IMG/VR virus record: IMGVR_UViG_3300022863_000003
Coordinates: 1 to 51,693 of that record
Reading direction: 5' to 3' (one strand)
Length of the DNA stretch: 51,693 nucleotides
Origin: a virus
Taxonomy: Duplodnaviria; Caudoviricetes
A program made the translations under genes and the position numbers. Numbering within the stretch: the first letter of the stretch is position 1; each line of letters opens with the position of its first letter. The notes beneath the pieces were generated by a model. It worked only from the letters and a program-made list of their open reading frames with translations, did no database searches and was not told where the DNA came from. Shown here one piece after another: positions 51,531 to 51,693 of this stretch.

Positions 51531-51693
51531 TTTTCTTCCCCTAACAGTTCCGTGAGCCGTTGTTTCTGCCACTCAAGTTCGGCGGCACTGGCGGCGGCAC
51601 TGGCGTCCCAGGCGGCGTCCCTGGCGTCCCAGGCGGCGTCACTGGCGGCGGCACTGGCGGCGACACTGGCGGCCCAGGAGGCGTCCCAGGCGG
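51527..51693 (-). CDS. C-terminus of an Ala/Trp (AAWDA)-repeat protein, truncated by the window end
   Basis: AWDASWAASVAASAAASDAAWDARDAAWDASAAASAAELEWQKQRLTELLGEEK*. Confidence 0.75.
   Translation of the reverse strand, partial: AWDASWAASVAASAAASDAAWDARDAAWDASAAASAAELEWQKQRLTELLGEEK

Noticed and set aside
1-51693. CRISPR array, diversity-generating retroelement, retron or terminal direct repeat
   Set aside because: No repeat-spacer pattern, no reverse transcriptase, and the two ends do not match each other.

Overview
A near-complete genome of a GC-rich, probably short-tailed (podovirus-like) dsDNA phage. The host is probably alphaproteobacterial, based on a GapR/DUF2312 homologue and a TPR-glycosyltransferase/FkbM pair. 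Both ends of the window break inside low-complexity coding repeats. Layout: (1) 1-8020, + strand, replication module: DUF2800 nuclease, DUF2815 SSB, GapR, and a family-A DNA polymerase split into two genes. (2) 8082-43929, mostly - strand: lysis, tail, ejection, head, portal and terminase genes, then accessory genes (FkbM, KTSC, RNA ligase, TPR-GT, tRNA-fMet, serine recombinase, PAPS-reductase-like). (3) 44267-47972, + strand: small early-type genes with repeated hairpins. (4) A candidate iteron origin and a Prim-Pol/helicase on the - strand. Strongest observation: both inteins in the polymerase have no in-frame endonuclease. Instead, each carries a complete HNH gene overprinted in the +1 frame with its own start, while the intein frame stays open across it. 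Other leads: a ~470-nt structured non-coding leader co-transcribed with an atypical initiator tRNA, a Tes/MJ0619-type radical SAM enzyme among the virion genes, tail-region proteins with signal peptides, an Acb2-like protein, and an 11-aa basic peptide in the head operon. All family calls come from motif recognition by eye; no searches were run.
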